NCBI GenBank assembly: GCA_976551045.1
Contig: CDPCPM010000030.1
Coordinates: 2,418,001 to 2,482,000, forward strand
Length of the DNA: 64,000 bases
Direction of reading: 5' to 3'
Source: Glaucostegus cemiculus
Lineage: Eukaryota
Below, one piece after another: positions 11,991 to 24,763 of the stretch. A program made the translations under genes and the position numbers. The notes under the pieces are model-generated. The model did not search any database and had not been told where the DNA came from. It worked only from the letters and a program-made list of their open reading frames with translations. Every line of letters starts with the position of its first letter. Within the stretch, counting starts at the first letter, position 1.

Positions 11991-13295
11991 GTACTAAGTC
12001 GTGTGTGTCTGAATTTTCATACAATCTCTACGCTCCTGTGATGTAGCACTTAATGCACACTAATTCACATTCGTGGCGTGCATTGCCGGTTGGAGGTAAA
12101 TTACGGTACTGGTTGTTTATCTGTCCACTCTGTGCCGATCTTCAGTTTAATCTGAGGTCTGCACGCCTGTCAATCAGCATCTTGCTCGGAGCCTCATTCA
12201 TAGGACTGAATGAGATTTGTTGACAACCGGTGCAGCAGATTTTACACCTGTGCTGTGGTAACTCTGGGAATATAAGTGGTCACTTGGGGATGTATAATTG
12301 AGATTCAGAAATGAATCGGATATGGGTGAGCGTGCGGACTGGAGACTCCACTGGTGCTGAGAGCCAGGGTTGACAATCAGCTGAAAGATTATGAGCTTCA
12401 CTTTGTTTACAGTCATAGACATCTGGAAATGAGGGCATGGTGGATCATTTGTCGAGCCTGCGCTGATGAAATATGAGGTGTTACAATGGTGTAGCTGAGG
12501 GATAGGGGACTATTCAATTTTTGGGTGGGTGGCAGGTACACCTGGTGATTTGAGGCACAGAGGGAAGGTTTGGAAAACACTGGACATTTGGAGCTTGAGA
12601 ATATTGGATGCTTCGCTGAGGTTGCTGAATTTAGAAGGTGCGGTGAATCAGGGAGGTTATGATCTGTTGCAGTATGAGACGGTATTTTATTGGTTTGGGC
12701 ATAGGAGAATGATTGAGGTTTGAAGCAGTTATGGGTCTTTTTGGAAAGCTTGTGTCGCGGATAAATGACTGTGGTCACGAACTGAGGTGGCCTTTGTTGC
12801 GTTTTGAAGGTAGAAACACAGTGCGTGTTGAAGAGGGTCAAGCCGATTGATGAGTGGAGGGAATGTGTCTAACTGGGACAGTGGTTGACTGAGGTCGGAG
12901 ATGAGGACAGAGGGAAATGAAAGGGACAGAGAATCGGGGAATGATTGTGGAAGGAGAGATAGGAAATGTGAGAGGACGGAGAGGAGTGATTGCTGCAGAG
13001 AAAGGAGAGACACGATCCCTGATTGACAGAAAAAACGACAACTTTCAGCTGTGGGATCAGAAGCGTTCATCATGTTCAGTCACAGAAGCCGATGTTCAGT
13101 CACAAAAGCCGAACCTGGCTGTGAGTGAGAGGAGTAATCTCGAGGGATAGAGCTACGGAAGGGAGAGTTATTGAACGGAGACGCATGACGTTTGTTTCTC
13201 CACAGTCCCAGCCCCCTCTCCCTCAAGCTCCAGTCCGATTTTGATAACCTGCGTTGTTCCTTCCAATTGTCCATGTCTCTCTTCTTTTATTACAG

Positions 13296-13391
13296 TCCAA
13301 GGGACTTCCAAAATGGAAGATTACGGAGGATCAGCGAATGGAGCATCAAGACAGGAGCCGTCTTCCATCCCAGTAGGAGACACGTCGTCAG
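13296..13391 (+). CDS. Exon A 96 nt VQGTSKMEDYGGSANGASRQEPSSIPVGDTSS
   Basis: ttttattacag| ... cag|gtacga. Confidence 0.75.
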
Positions 13392-13757
13392 GTACGAAGA
13401 CTTATATCAACCTGGTCATTCAGCGAAACTGTGCCCTCGACGCTCTTGCTAACCATTCAATTGTTAGATGTGCAATTCAGCCCGACTTGATTGATAGTGT
13501 TCTATCCACTGCTACAAATTCAGAAATGCCTGAGACCTCTAAAAAAGGGAGCTTTCGCTTACCAGGAACGGAGAGCCTTGGACAGACACCGGTGTAATTT
13601 ATAATGTTGTGTTTTGTCAGTTTACCAAAAAGGATGAGAGAAATCTGCTGTTGGTCCTCAAGGCATGGATAGTGGTCGGTGATTGTGTTTGGTGTGACCT
13701 TAAGGCAAGGTTTGCAAACGTCGGATGCACTTCCATGCCTCTGTTCCCTTATTCCAG

Positions 13758-13853
13758 AACTGAAGACTTCTCCTATATACCGGCCGACTGGATCATCAAC
13801 TGGAGAGACCACGCAGGAACCGACCTATCTCCCATTGAGCGAGACAGTCTCAG
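13758..13853 (+). CDS. Exon B 96 nt ELKTSPIYRPTGSSTGETTQEPTYLPLSETVS
   Basis: cttattccag| ... cag|gtacta. Confidence 0.75.
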
Positions 13854-14006
13854 GTACTAAGTCTTGATTGTCTTATATTTCATGCACTCTCTCAGAGGCT
13901 GTGATCTAGCACATTGCAGACGGATTTTCCATCGTGGCGTGCATTGCAGCAGGGAGGTGATTGACGGTGTTGAATGTTTACCTCTCCCTTCTGTACCCAT
14001 CGTCAG

Positions 14007-14045
14007 TCGTAACTGAGGTCTCCACGGTTATCAATCAGCATCTTG
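14007..14045 (+). CDS. Candidate 39-nt exon D (VVTEVSTVINQHL)
   Basis: tcag| ... ttg|gtatga. Confidence 0.4.
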
Positions 14046-15134
14046 GTATGAGCTTCATGCCTGGGTCTGGATGAGATTTGTTGGCAGCCAGAGCAGCGGA
14101 GGTGAGACCTGAGTTTTGGTAACTGGGAGAATTTGATTGCGAATCCTTCAGTCAATTCAGGAATAAATGGGATCTGGGTGAGAGAGCGGTCTTGGGGCTT
14201 CACTGATGCTGACAGCAAAGTTTGACATCCAGCTGCTGGTTTATGAATATCAAATTCCTCATTGGCATGGATATCAATAAATGTGTGCTGTGGGTAGCTC
14301 AGTCTGAATCTGGGATGACTTAATGTGAGATGTTGGGATGATGTTACTGAGGGATAGGAGACTCGTCATCGTGTGGGTGGGCGGGAATGCCTGGTGGTTT
14401 GAGGCGCAAATGTAGAGGTGGAAATACAGTGGACACTTGAACTGTGGGAATATAAGAGGGCAGGTTGTGAATTTTAACAATGGGGTGCCTGGGGCATCAT
14501 GAAATGCATGAAATCTTCGTATATGGGAGGATGTTCAAGGACTGGGGCATCAGAGAATGATCAGAGTATGAAGCACTGTTGAGCCTTTGTGAAAAGCTGG
14601 TGTACTGGAGCAATGACTGTTGTCAGAAATTGAGGTGTTCTTTGTTGGTCTTTGAGTGTGGTGACACTGAATGTTGCAGATGGTGATATAGAATGATGAC
14701 TTGAGGGAGAGGTGGAACTGGGAATCTGATGGCCAGGCGTATGTCAGAGAGCACGGCTGATGGACATTAGAGGGAATAATTCCTGAGGAAATCATTGGGG
14801 AGGGTGTGGTGGGAATTGTGAAAGGTTGGGGATAGGAGTTTGCTCGAGAGAAAGGGGTGAAAGGGACTGTGATGGACTGCAATCCCTCCGGGGTCTGCAA
14901 GCTCGGGATCAGCAGTATGAATCAGTAAAGGCAACAAGAGTCCCTAATTGCAGGCACTGAATCTGAACCTGGTTGTGCAGATGAGGTGTGATCGGGCGGG
15001 AGGAGCTTCTGAAGGGAGATGCATGATGTTGGTTATTTCTGTGATCCAATCCCCTCATCTCCAATCACCTTTCCCAGTCTGATTGTCCTCCTTTGCAGTT
15101 TCCAACCTGCCGTGTCTCACTTCCTCTATTCTAG

Positions 15135-15230
15135 TCCCTGAGACTTCCAAAGGTGAACAAACCAGAAGAACATCCAATGCAACAACAACACAGGAGCCGT
15201 CTCCTCCTGCAGCAGGAAACCAGTCCTCAG
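15135..15230 (+). CDS. Exon A 96 nt VPETSKGEQTRRTSNATTTQEPSPPAAGNQSS
   Basis: ctattctag| ... cag|gtacca. Confidence 0.75.
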
Positions 15231-15366
15231 GTACCAAGATTTATGTCAATTGGGTCATTCGGCAAGGACGTGCCCTCGAGGTCCCAGTCAACCATGCATT
15301 CATCAGATGTGGACTTCAGCTTGACATGATAGATGGTGATAGTTGCACACCAGCTGCCAAATTCAG

Positions 15367-15390
15367 AAGTGCCTGAGACCTCTGAAAATG
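15367..15390 (+). CDS. Candidate 24-nt microexon M (EVPETSEN)
   Basis: attcag| ... |gtggga. Confidence 0.3.
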
Positions 15391-15875
15391 GTGGGAGCAC
15401 TTTCCCAAATGAGCAACCATGGGCAGAGGATGACGTAGATCACGATATGGAGTTGGGCCAGTGGACCGAGCATGAGGGCTGAGACCTGGTGTTTTGTAGT
15501 CAAGTGACAGAATGTGTCCGGTGGGTGTGTTTGGAGTGACATTCATAAAGGATTTACAGGATAATTTATAAGTTTATGAGCTGTACGGATTGGTCTGACT
15601 GCAGGCAACACGTCCTTCAATCAGAAGTAAATGCAGAGGACATCAGTTCGGCAATTGCTCAGACATTTAGAAGGATCCCACAGAATGTCTGCACAGCAGT
15701 GGACATTTGGTGTGCCTGGGTATCGGGGAGGATAATAGAGTGTAATTGCCCTAGAGTACACTGGACGTTCCGCGTGGACTCCAGTTCTGAATATTAGAGG
15801 CTTTTGGATATCCCTGTGACATCAGAGCGCAAAGAGCGTCGGATGCACTCCCATGCCTCTGTTTCCTTGTTCCAG

Positions 15876-15971
15876 ACCTCCAGAGTTTGGCAATGGAACA
15901 GCCGAGTAGAGCAGCAACTGGAGAGCCCACGAAGGATCTGTCCTCTCAGCCCTTGATTGAGACAGCGTCAG
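15876..15971 (+). CDS. Exon B 96 nt DLQSLAMEQPSRAATGEPTKDLSSQPLIETAS
   Basis: cttgttccag| ... cag|gtaaca. Confidence 0.75.
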
Positions 15972-17283
15972 GTAACAACTCCTGAACGTCTGAAGTTTCA
16001 ACAATCTCCCTAATGCTGTGATATCGCACCTGTTGCAAACTGATTCATCTTCGTCTCGTGCATTGCAGCAGGGCGGTGAATGACGGTGTTGGTTGTTTAT
16101 CTGTTCACTCTGTGCTGACCTTCAGTATCATCTGAGGTCTGCACGCCTGTCAATCAGCACCTTGCTAGGAGCCTCATTCATAGCACTGAATGAGATTGGT
16201 TGACAACCAGAGCAGCAGATTTTAGAGCTGAGCTGTGGTAACTGTGGGATTATAAGTGGTCACATGGGGATGTAAAATTGAGCTACAGAAATGAATCGGA
16301 TATGGGTGAGGGAGCGGACGGGAGTCTCAACTGGTGCTGAGAGCTAGGGTTGACAATCAGCTGAAAGATTATGTACTTCACATTGTTCACAGGCATAGAC
16401 ATCAGGAAATGAGGGTATGGTGGATCACTTGTCGAGCCTGCGCTGGTCGAATACGAGGTGTTACAATGGTGTGGCTGAGGGATAGGAGACAGGCCATTTT
16501 TTGGGTGGGTGGCAGGTACACCTGGTGATTTGAGACACAGAGGGAGGGGTTGGAAATGTCTGGACATTTGGACTTTGAGAATATTGGATGCTCCGTTGAG
16601 GTTGTTGAATTTGGTTGGTGCGGGGAATAAGGGAGATCATGTACTGTTGCGGTATGAAAGGGTGTACTTTTGGTTTGGGCAGAGGAGAATGATCGAAGTT
16701 TGAAGCCGTTCTGGGTCTTTTTCGATACCTTGTGTCGTGGAACAAAGACTGGGAACAGGAACTGGGGAAGGCTTTCTTAGCTTTTGAAGTTAGAAACACA
16801 GTGGTTGTTGAAGAGGGTCAAGCCGATTGATGAGTGGAGGGAATGGGTGTGACTGGGAGAGTTATTGACTGACTGAGGTCGGAGTTGAGGACAGAGAGAA
16901 ATGACTGGGAATGGGTCTCGGGGAAAGATTTAGGAAGGAGAGATAGGAAATGTGACAGGACGGAAAGGAGAGATTGCTGCAGAGCAAGGAGAGGCACGAT
17001 CCTTGATTGACAGAAAAACAACCATGGTCTGCAGCTCTGGTATCAGCAGCGTGGATCATTGAAGGGAAGACTGATTCCCATGTTCAGTCACAGAAGCCGA
17101 AATCTTTCTGTGTGTGAGAGGAGTGATGTGGAGGGATAGAGCTACGGAAGGGAGAGTTATTGAGCGGAGAAGCAGACGTTTGTTTCTCCACAGTCCCAGC
17201 CCCTACTCCGCCAAACTCCTGTCTGAGTTTCATAACCTGCATTGTGCCTTCTAATTGTCCATGTCTCTCTTCTTTTATTACAG

Positions 17284-17379
17284 TCCCAGGGACTTCCAAA
17301 ATGGACGATACCGGAGGATCAGAGAATGGAGCATCAACACAGGAGCCGTCTTCCAACCCAGCAGGAGACACGTCCTCAG
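17284..17379 (+). CDS. Exon A 96 nt VPGTSKMDDTGGSENGASTQEPSSNPAGDTSS
   Basis: ttttattacag| ... cag|gtacca. Confidence 0.75.
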
Positions 17380-17751
17380 GTACCAAGACTTATATCAAAG
17401 TGGTCATTCAGCGAAACTGTGACCTCGAAGCTCTTGCGAACAATTCAAATGTTTTATGTGCATTTCAGCCGGACTTGACTGATGGTGTTAGTTCTATCCA
17501 CGGCTGCCAAATTCAGAAATGCCTGAGACCTCTAAAAAAATGGCTGGTTTGCTTACACTACAAGGGCAGCCTTTGACTGAGGCTGGTGTAACTTATAATG
17601 TTGAGTTACGTCAGCATACAAATAAGGAGTACAGAAAACTGCTGTTTGTCCTCAAGGCAGGGAAAGTGGCCGGTGACTGTGTTTGGTTTGACCTATAGGC
17701 AAGATTTGCAAGGGTCGGATGCACTTCCATGCCTCTGTTCCTTTATTCCAG

Positions 17752-17847
17752 AGCTGAAGACTTCCGCTATATACCGTCCGACTGGATCATCAACTGGAGA
17801 GCCCACGCAGGAACCGTCCTCTCTCCCCTTGAGCGACACAGACTCAG
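17752..17847 (+). CDS. Exon B 96 nt ELKTSAIYRPTGSSTGEPTQEPSSLPLSDTDS
   Basis: tttattccag| ... cag|gtacta. Confidence 0.75.
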
Positions 17848-18000
17848 GTACTAAGTCTTGATTGTCTGATATTTCTTGTGATCTCTCTGATGCTGTGATC
17901 TAGCTCATTGTAGACTGATTTTCCCTCGTGGCGTGCATTACAGCAAGGAGGTGAATGACGGTGTTGAATGTTTACCTCTCCCTTCTGTACCCATTGTCAG

Positions 18001-18039
18001 TAGCAACTGAGGTCTCCACGGTTATCAATCAGCACCTTG
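18001..18039 (+). CDS. Candidate 39-nt exon D (VATEVSTVINQHL)
   Basis: tcag| ... ttg|gtatga. Confidence 0.4.
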
Positions 18040-19113
18040 GTATGAGCCTCATACTTGTGTCTGGATGAGACTTGTTGGCATCCAGAGCAGCAGGTCTGAA
18101 CCCTGAGGATTGGTAACCTGCAGAATTTGATTGCCGATTCTTCAGTCAATTCAGGAATAAATGGTACCTGGGTGAGAGAGCGGATTGGTGGCTTCACTGA
18201 TGCTGACAGCCAACTTTGACATCCAGCTGCTAGGTTATGAACATCAACTTCTTCACTGCCATGGATAGCAGGAAATGTGGGCTTTGGAGTATCACTGTCT
18301 GAACGTGGGATGATTGAATATGAGAAGTTGGGATGATGTAACTGAGGGATTGGGGCTGGTCATCGTGTGGATGGGCTGGAATGCCTGGTGCTTTGAGGAG
18401 CAGATGGAGTGGTGGAAATACACTGGACACTTGAACTGTAGTAATAAAGAGGGCACGATGTGATTATTAACATTGACGAGCTCGGGGCATCATAAAGTGT
18501 ATGAATTCTTCGTATATGGGATGATGTTCAAGGAAAATTGCACCAGAGAATGATCAGTGTCTGAAGCACTGTTGAGCCTTCGTGAAAATCCTGTGTCCTG
18601 GAGCAATAACTTTTGTCAGTAATTGAGGTGTTCTTTGTTGGTGTTTGAGTGTGGTGACACTGAGTGTTGCAGTGTGTGAGGTAGAATGATATTTTGAGGC
18701 AGATGTGTAACTGGGAATCTGATGGACAGACATTTTTCAGAGAGCACGACAGATAGACGTTAGAGTGAATACTTCCTCAGGAAATCATTGAGGAAGGTGA
18801 AAGGTTGGGGTGGAGATTTTGCTCAAGAGAATGTGGTGACTGGGAATATGATGGCCTAAAAACCCTCCAGAGTCTGCAAGCTCGGCATCAGCAGTATGAA
18901 TCAGTAAAGGCAACATAAGTCCCCATTTGGAGGCACTGAAGCTGAACCTAGTTGTGCTGATGAGGAGTGATCTGGAGGGAGGAGCTTCTGAAGGGAGATG
19001 CATGATGTTGTTTTTTTCTGTGATCCAATCCCCTCATCTCCAATCACCTTTCCCAGTCTGATTTTCCTCCTTTGCAGCTTCCAATCTGCCATGTCTCACT
19101 CTCTTTATTCCAG

Positions 19114-19629
19114 TCCCAGAGACTTCCAAATCTGGTACTGGGATTGTACACGGTGTAATTGAGAAGATTGAGAGGGGATCTGATTTAAACATACTTGATT
19201 GTTAAGGGATTGGATAAGATAGATACGGGAAATATGTTCCAGATGTTGGAGAAGTCCAGAACCAGAGCGGATGATTTAAGAATTAGGGGTTGGACATTTA
19301 GGACAGAGGTGAGGAAACACTTCTTCTCCCAGAGGGTTGTGAGTTTGTCGAACGCACTGCCTCAGAGGGCAGAGGAGGGCAGTTCTCTGGGCATTGTCAA
19401 GCAGGAGATAGATAGCATTTCTTATAGATAGGGGTATCAAGGGATATGGGGACAAATCAGGAAAGGGATATTGAGTGTTGAAAACTCTGCCATGATCTCA
19501 AAATGGCGGAAGACTCGAAGGGCCGAATGGTCTCCTTCTGCTACTATTTTCTCTTGCCTATTGAATAGAACGTACAATGCAACATCAATACTGGAGACGT
19601 ATTCAACCCCAGAGGAAACCAGTCCTCAT
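19114..19629 (+). pseudogene. Type A exon disrupted by a LINE insertion (possible residual 21-nt exon 19114-19134)
   Basis: Acceptor and first 17 nt (tcccagagacttccaaa) intact, then LINE sequence; the exon resumes at 19567 (agaacgtacaatgc). Confidence 0.7.
19131..19566 (+). mobile_element. 5'-truncated CR1-like LINE, 3' end of ORF2 plus 3' UTR (436 bp)
   Basis: Encodes the CR1 ORF2 C-terminus (RRLRGDL-like start; KGLDKID...FRTEVRKHFFSQRVV...ALP) followed by the 3' UTR motif gaagggccgaatggtct. Confidence 0.9.
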
Positions 19630-19764
19630 GTACCGATATTTATGTCAATTGGTCATTCTCTGAGGAAGTGACCTCGAGGCCACTGTCAACCATGCATTCA
19701 TCCGATGTGGATTTCAGCTTGACATTATTGATGGTGTTAGTTCCACCCAAGCTGCCAATTTTAG

Positions 19765-19788
19765 AAGTACTTGAGACCTATGAACATG
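19765..19788 (+). CDS. Candidate 24-nt microexon M (EVLETYEH)
   Basis: ttttag| ... |gtggga. Confidence 0.3.
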
Positions 19789-20282
19789 GTGGGAGCACTT
19801 CCACAAATAAGAAACTTGGTGCAGTAGCTTCTCTAGATCACTGTGTGGAGGTGGGCCAGTGGACCGAGCAAGAGGCCTGAGACCTGGTGTTTAGCGTCAA
19901 GGGATAGAAAATGTCCGGTGGGTGTGTTTGGCATGACATTCAGAAAGGACTTACACGATAATTTATTCGTTTATAAGCTGCACCGATTGGTCTGACTGCA
20001 GGCAACATGTCCTTCTATCAGAAGTGAATACAGAGGACATCAATTCGGAAAGTGGTCAGATAATAAGAAGGAATCCCAGCAAGATGTCTGCACAGCAGAG
20101 GACATTTGGTGTGTCTGTGTTTCGGGGAGCATAATGCAGTGTAAGTGCCCTGGAGTACACTGGACGTTAGGAAGTACCTGGTGGTTTCTGGTTCTGCACG
20201 TTGGTGGCCTTTGGATATCGCTGTGACATCAGATTGCACAACGCGTCGGATGCGCTCCCATAGCTCTGTTTCTTTGTTCCAG

Positions 20283-20378
20283 ACCTGCAGAGTTCGGCAA
20301 TGGAAGGGCCAAGTAGATCATCAACTGGAGAGCCCACAAAGATACAGTCCTCTGTCCCCTTGATTGAGACAGCCTCAG
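20283..20378 (+). CDS. Exon B 96 nt DLQSSAMEGPSRSSTGEPTKIQSSVPLIETAS
   Basis: tttgttccag| ... cag|gtacca. Confidence 0.75.
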
Positions 20379-21660
20379 GTACCAAGTCTTGAATGTCTGA
20401 AGTTTCACACCATCTCTCTGATTCTGTGATATATCACCTCTTGCAGACTGATTCAACATCGTGTCGTGCATTGCAGCAAGGAGGTGAATGACGGTGTTGG
20501 TTGTTTATCCTTCACTCTGTGCCTATCTTCATTAGCATCCTAGCTCTCAACCGTGGACATTCAGACTCTTGGAATGAGACTCACGTGTAAAGATGAGATC
20601 TGTTGGCAGTCAGAGCAGCAGATCTGAGTCCTGAGGTTTGGTAACTGGCGGATGTTTCATTCAACCTCAGGAATAAATGGCATCTAGGTGAGGGAGCGGA
20701 CGGGAGGCTTCGCTGATACTGACAGTCAAGGTTGACAACCAACATCAGATTTATCAATATCAATTTGTTCAATGGCACGGATATCAGGAAAAGTAGGATT
20801 TACGGGATCACTTGCTCAGCCTTGGTTTATAGAATGTGAGGAATTTGAATGTTGAGGCTGAGTGATAGGAGACTGACCATCCTGTGGGACAGCTGGTAGC
20901 CTTGTGGATTCAGATACAGATCGAGGGGTGGAAATAAACTGGGCACTTTTACTGTGCGAAGATATTAATGTACGTGGAAGTTATTGTCTTCAGGTGACCT
21001 GGGGTATCATAGAGTCTATGAATCTTTGGGGTATCGGAGGGTGTTCTGGCATGTGGACATCAGAGTCTGATGCGCGCATGCAGCAATGTGGAGTCCTTAT
21101 GCAAAGCTTGTGTCGTGGAGCAATGACGAGGGTCACAAATTGCGGTTGTCTTCGGTGGCCTTTGAGTCTGGTGGCACTGAGTGTTGGAGAGGGTGAGGGA
21201 GAATGATGACTTGAGGGAGAGTGTGTAACCTGGAGTGGGATGGAAAGATTTTGGTCAGAGAGGAGGACTGATGGAGATTAGAGGCAACAATTCCTCAAAA
21301 AATGATTAGGGAGGTGGGAGGTTTACTGTGACAGGATGGAGGGGAGAGATTGCTGTGCAGAAATGAGTGACACGATCCCTGATTGAGCACAAACCCACCA
21401 GAGTCGGCAAGCTGTGGTATCAGCAGTGTAGATCATTGAAGTGAAAACGAATACCCAAGTTCATGCGCTGAAGCTGAAACTGGCTGTCACAGAGGGGAGT
21501 GATCTGGAGGGAGAAAGATTCTGAAGGGAGCGGTATTGAACAGAGATGCATGATGTTTGCTTCGCCAAATCTACAGCCGCCTCTTTCCCCCACATCTTTC
21601 CCAGTCTGATTTCCTACTTTGCAGCTTCCGGTATCCCATGTCTTTCTTCCTTTATTCCAT

Positions 21661-21744
21661 TCCCAGAGACTTCTATGAGAGAACAGTTCAATGGAGCATC
21701 AACACAGGAGGCATCTGCAATCCCAGCAGAAAACACGTCTTCAG
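21661..21744 (+). pseudogene. Type A exon with weakened splice sites (84 nt; 78 nt from a backup acceptor at 21667)
   Basis: Acceptor CAG>CAT, donor GT>GC (cag|gcacca); frame still open. Confidence 0.5.
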
Positions 21745-21880
21745 GCACCAAGACATATGTCACTGGGGTCATTCAACCACGATGTTGCCTGGAAACTCCT
21801 GTGAACCATGCATTTGTTAGATGTGCATTGCTGCTTGACACGATGGATGGTGTCAGCTCCACCCCTGCTGCTAATTTCAG

Positions 21881-21904
21881 AAGTGCTTGAGACCTGTGAA
21901 AATG
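21881..21904 (+). CDS. Candidate 24-nt microexon M (EVLETCEN)
   Basis: tttcag| ... |gtgtgt. Confidence 0.35.
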
Positions 21905-22153
21905 GTGTGTGCACTTTCCTGGAATGTTCAACCATAGACACGAAGGTAACAGGAATACCTAAGTTCCGGCACTGTCCTTCCAGATCACAGCTCACAGTCA
22001 CAGCCAGGTTCAGCTTCAAAGATTCCGAAGGGACAGATATTGAACGGTGATGCATGATGTTGGTTTTCCACAGATCCAAACATACCCAAATTCGCAGTCT
22101 GATTGTCCTGCTTTGCGGCTTCCAATCTCCATGTCTCTCTCCGTTTGTTTCAG

Positions 22154-22249
22154 TCCCAGAGACTTCCAAAGGGGAACAATCCGGAGGATCATCCAGTGGA
22201 GCATCAACACAGGAGTCGTATTCAGGCCCAGCAGGGGACAACTCTACAG
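22154..22249 (+). CDS. Exon A 96 nt VPETSKGEQSGGSSSGASTQESYSGPAGDNST
   Basis: tttgtttcag| ... cag|gtacca. Confidence 0.75.
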
Positions 22250-22622
22250 GTACCAAGACGTATGACAATGTGGTCAATCAGAAAAGCTCAGGACTCGAAG
22301 CTCTTGCGAACCATTCAATTGTGAGACGAGCATTTCAGCAGGGCATGATTGGTGGTGTGTGTTCAATCTCCTGCTGGCAATTTCAGTCGTGCCTGAGACC
22401 TGTAAAAAAAGAGAAAGGTTATCTTACACGGAGTGGGCAGCTTTGGTCGGCGGCTGGTGTAATTCAAGATATGGGGTTTTGTCAGTTGATCGATCAGAGG
22501 GAATGAAAACTTGTCTTTGCCCACGCGACATGGAAAGTAGCGCGTCACTGTGTTTGGTTTGACCTTAGGGCAGGGTTTACAAGGGTCGGATGCACTCCCA
22601 TGCCTCTGTTCCATTATTACAG

Positions 22623-22718
22623 ACCTGAAGACTTCCCCGATGGAACAGCCGACTGGATCATCAAATGGAGAGCACACGGAGGAACCGTCCTCTGTCCCCT
22701 TGAGTGAGACAGCCTCAG
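22623..22718 (+). CDS. Exon B 96 nt DLKTSPMEQPTGSSNGEHTEEPSSVPLSETAS
   Basis: ttattacag| ... cag|gtacga. Confidence 0.75.
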
Positions 22719-24017
22719 GTACGAAGTGTTCAATGTCTAATATTTCATACATTCTCTCCGATGCAGTGATATAGCACTTATTGTAGACTGATTCACCTTC
22801 GTGCCCTGTATTGCAGCAGGGAGGTGAATAATGGTGTAGGATGTATATCCATCCCCTCAGTGCCCATCGTCAGTAGTAACTAAGGTCTCCACGGTGGACA
22901 TTCAGCTCCTTGTGATGAGCCGCATACATGGGCCTCGATGCGACTTGTTAGCAGCCAGTGAGCAGAAGAGAGATTTCAGGTTTGGTCACTGGGGGATTTG
23001 AGCGGTCACTGAGGATGTGTCAGACAACTTCAGGAGCAAATGGTATCTGTGTGAGGGATCGAACGGGAGATTTATTTGATGCTGACAGCCAGGGTTTACT
23101 GACAAGGTTGATTCAGGATGGTTATGAATATCACTTTGTTCACTGGCATGGATATCAGGAAATGTGGTCTTCAGCAGTATCAGTAGCTAGCCTGGGATTA
23201 ATGGATATGAGGAGTTTGGATGGTGTGGCTGAGGGATTGGAGACTGGTCATCGTGTGGGTGCGCGGGGATACCTACTGGAGTTAGGCACAGATGGAAGGG
23301 TGGAAAGACTCTGGACACTTGAACTTGGGAACACTAAAGGGTTCTTGGAGGGAATTGTCGGTCAGAATACTGGGGTATCATTGATTGTATGAATTGTTGG
23401 ATTATGAGAGACACTTCTAGGATATGGGCATCGGATGTGCGTGTGACGAAATGTTGAAGCTTTGGGGAAAGGATTCACAGTGTAGCATTGACTGGTGTAA
23501 GTAATTGAGGGTGTCTTTGTTGGTCTCTGATCTTGGTGACACTGAATGTTGGAGAGGCTGAGGTCGAAAGATGCGTTGACGGACAGAGTGTAACGGAGTG
23601 TGATGGGCAGAATGTCAGAGAAGACTGATGAGATTGGAGGGAATAATTACACAGGAAATGATTGAAGAAGCCAGGATGTGAATTGCGACAGGCTGGAGGG
23701 CAGAGGTTACTGTAGAGAAAGGAGATACATGGTACCTGATTGACAACAAACCCACCAGAGTCTGAAAACTCCGGGATCAGCAGTGTCAATCATTGAAGGG
23801 AACACGAATCCCCACGTTCAGGCACCGTCCCTCCAGATCACACCTCTCAGTCACAGCCAGGTTCGGCTTCAGAGATTCTGAAGGCAGAGATATTGAACCA
23901 AGATGCATGATGTTGGTATTCCACGGATCTAGCCCCTTTTTCCCCAAACTCCTTTCCCACTCTGATTGTCCTGCTTTGCCGCTTCCAATCTCCCAAGTTT
24001 CACTCCGTTTATTCCAG

Positions 24018-24113
24018 TCACAGAATCTTCTAAAAAAGAACAATCTGGAATATCACCCAGAGGAGCATCAGCACAGGAGCCATTTTCTATCCCAGCAAGA
24101 AACAAGTCCTCAG
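24018..24113 (+). CDS. Exon A 96 nt VTESSKKEQSGISPRGASAQEPFSIPARNKSS
   Basis: tttattccag| ... cag|gtacca. Confidence 0.75.
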
Positions 24114-24763
24114 GTACCAGGAAATCTGAATATGGGGTCATTCAGGAAGTATGTGGCCTCGAAGCTGCTGTCAATATTGTTTTGTTAGATATGCATTTCA
24201 GATTGACATGATGGATGGAATCAGTTCCACAACCGATGTCAATTTCAGAAGTGTCTGAGACGCCTGGAATGGCTGGGAGTAAGTTCCAGGAATGAGCAAC
24301 CGTGGGCAGAGGCTGGTGTCGATCATGATGTTGTGGTGGTCGAGTGGACGGAGCATGAGAACTTAGACTTAGTGTTTGACTTCAAGGAATAGAAAGTGGC
24401 CGGTGGGTGTGTTTGGAGTGTTCCTCCGACAAGATTTACAAGTTAAATTTATGAAATATGGGCTGTACTGATTGGTTTGACTGCAGGAAACATGACCTGT
24501 TATCAGAAGTAAATACAGAGAACATCAATTCGGCAAGTCTTCTTATATTTAGAAGGGAAACCAGCAGGATGTCTGCACACCAGAGGATACTTGGAGTGTT
24601 TGGGTTTTTGGGAGCACATTGGAGTATCAGTGCCTTGGAGCACACTGGAGATGAGCAAGAATGGAGCGCAATCTGGATCTGAACAAGAGCCTCTGGTGTC
24701 CCTGTGACATCAGCGTGCAAGGAGGGTCGGATGCACTCCCATTCCTCTGTTTCTTTGTTCCAG

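Larger units (their letters stand above)
1..15300. repeat. Recent higher-order duplication of a 4-unit block (P-Q-R-S twice); period 8,456 bp, then 7,856 bp after the junction at ~10590
   Basis: Position 1 (gcttcgctgatact) recurs at 8457. Exon pairs 3299/11155, 4039/11895, 5440/13296 and 7279/15135 are all offset by 7,856 and nearly identical. Confidence 0.9.

Noticed and set aside
24506-24531. Possible exon cag|AAGTAAATACAGAGAACATCAATTCG|gcaagt (EVNTEDINS-like)
   Set aside because: 26 nt breaks frame, the donor is GC or absent in most copies, the pyrimidine tract is poor, and the segment is deleted in P and R units.
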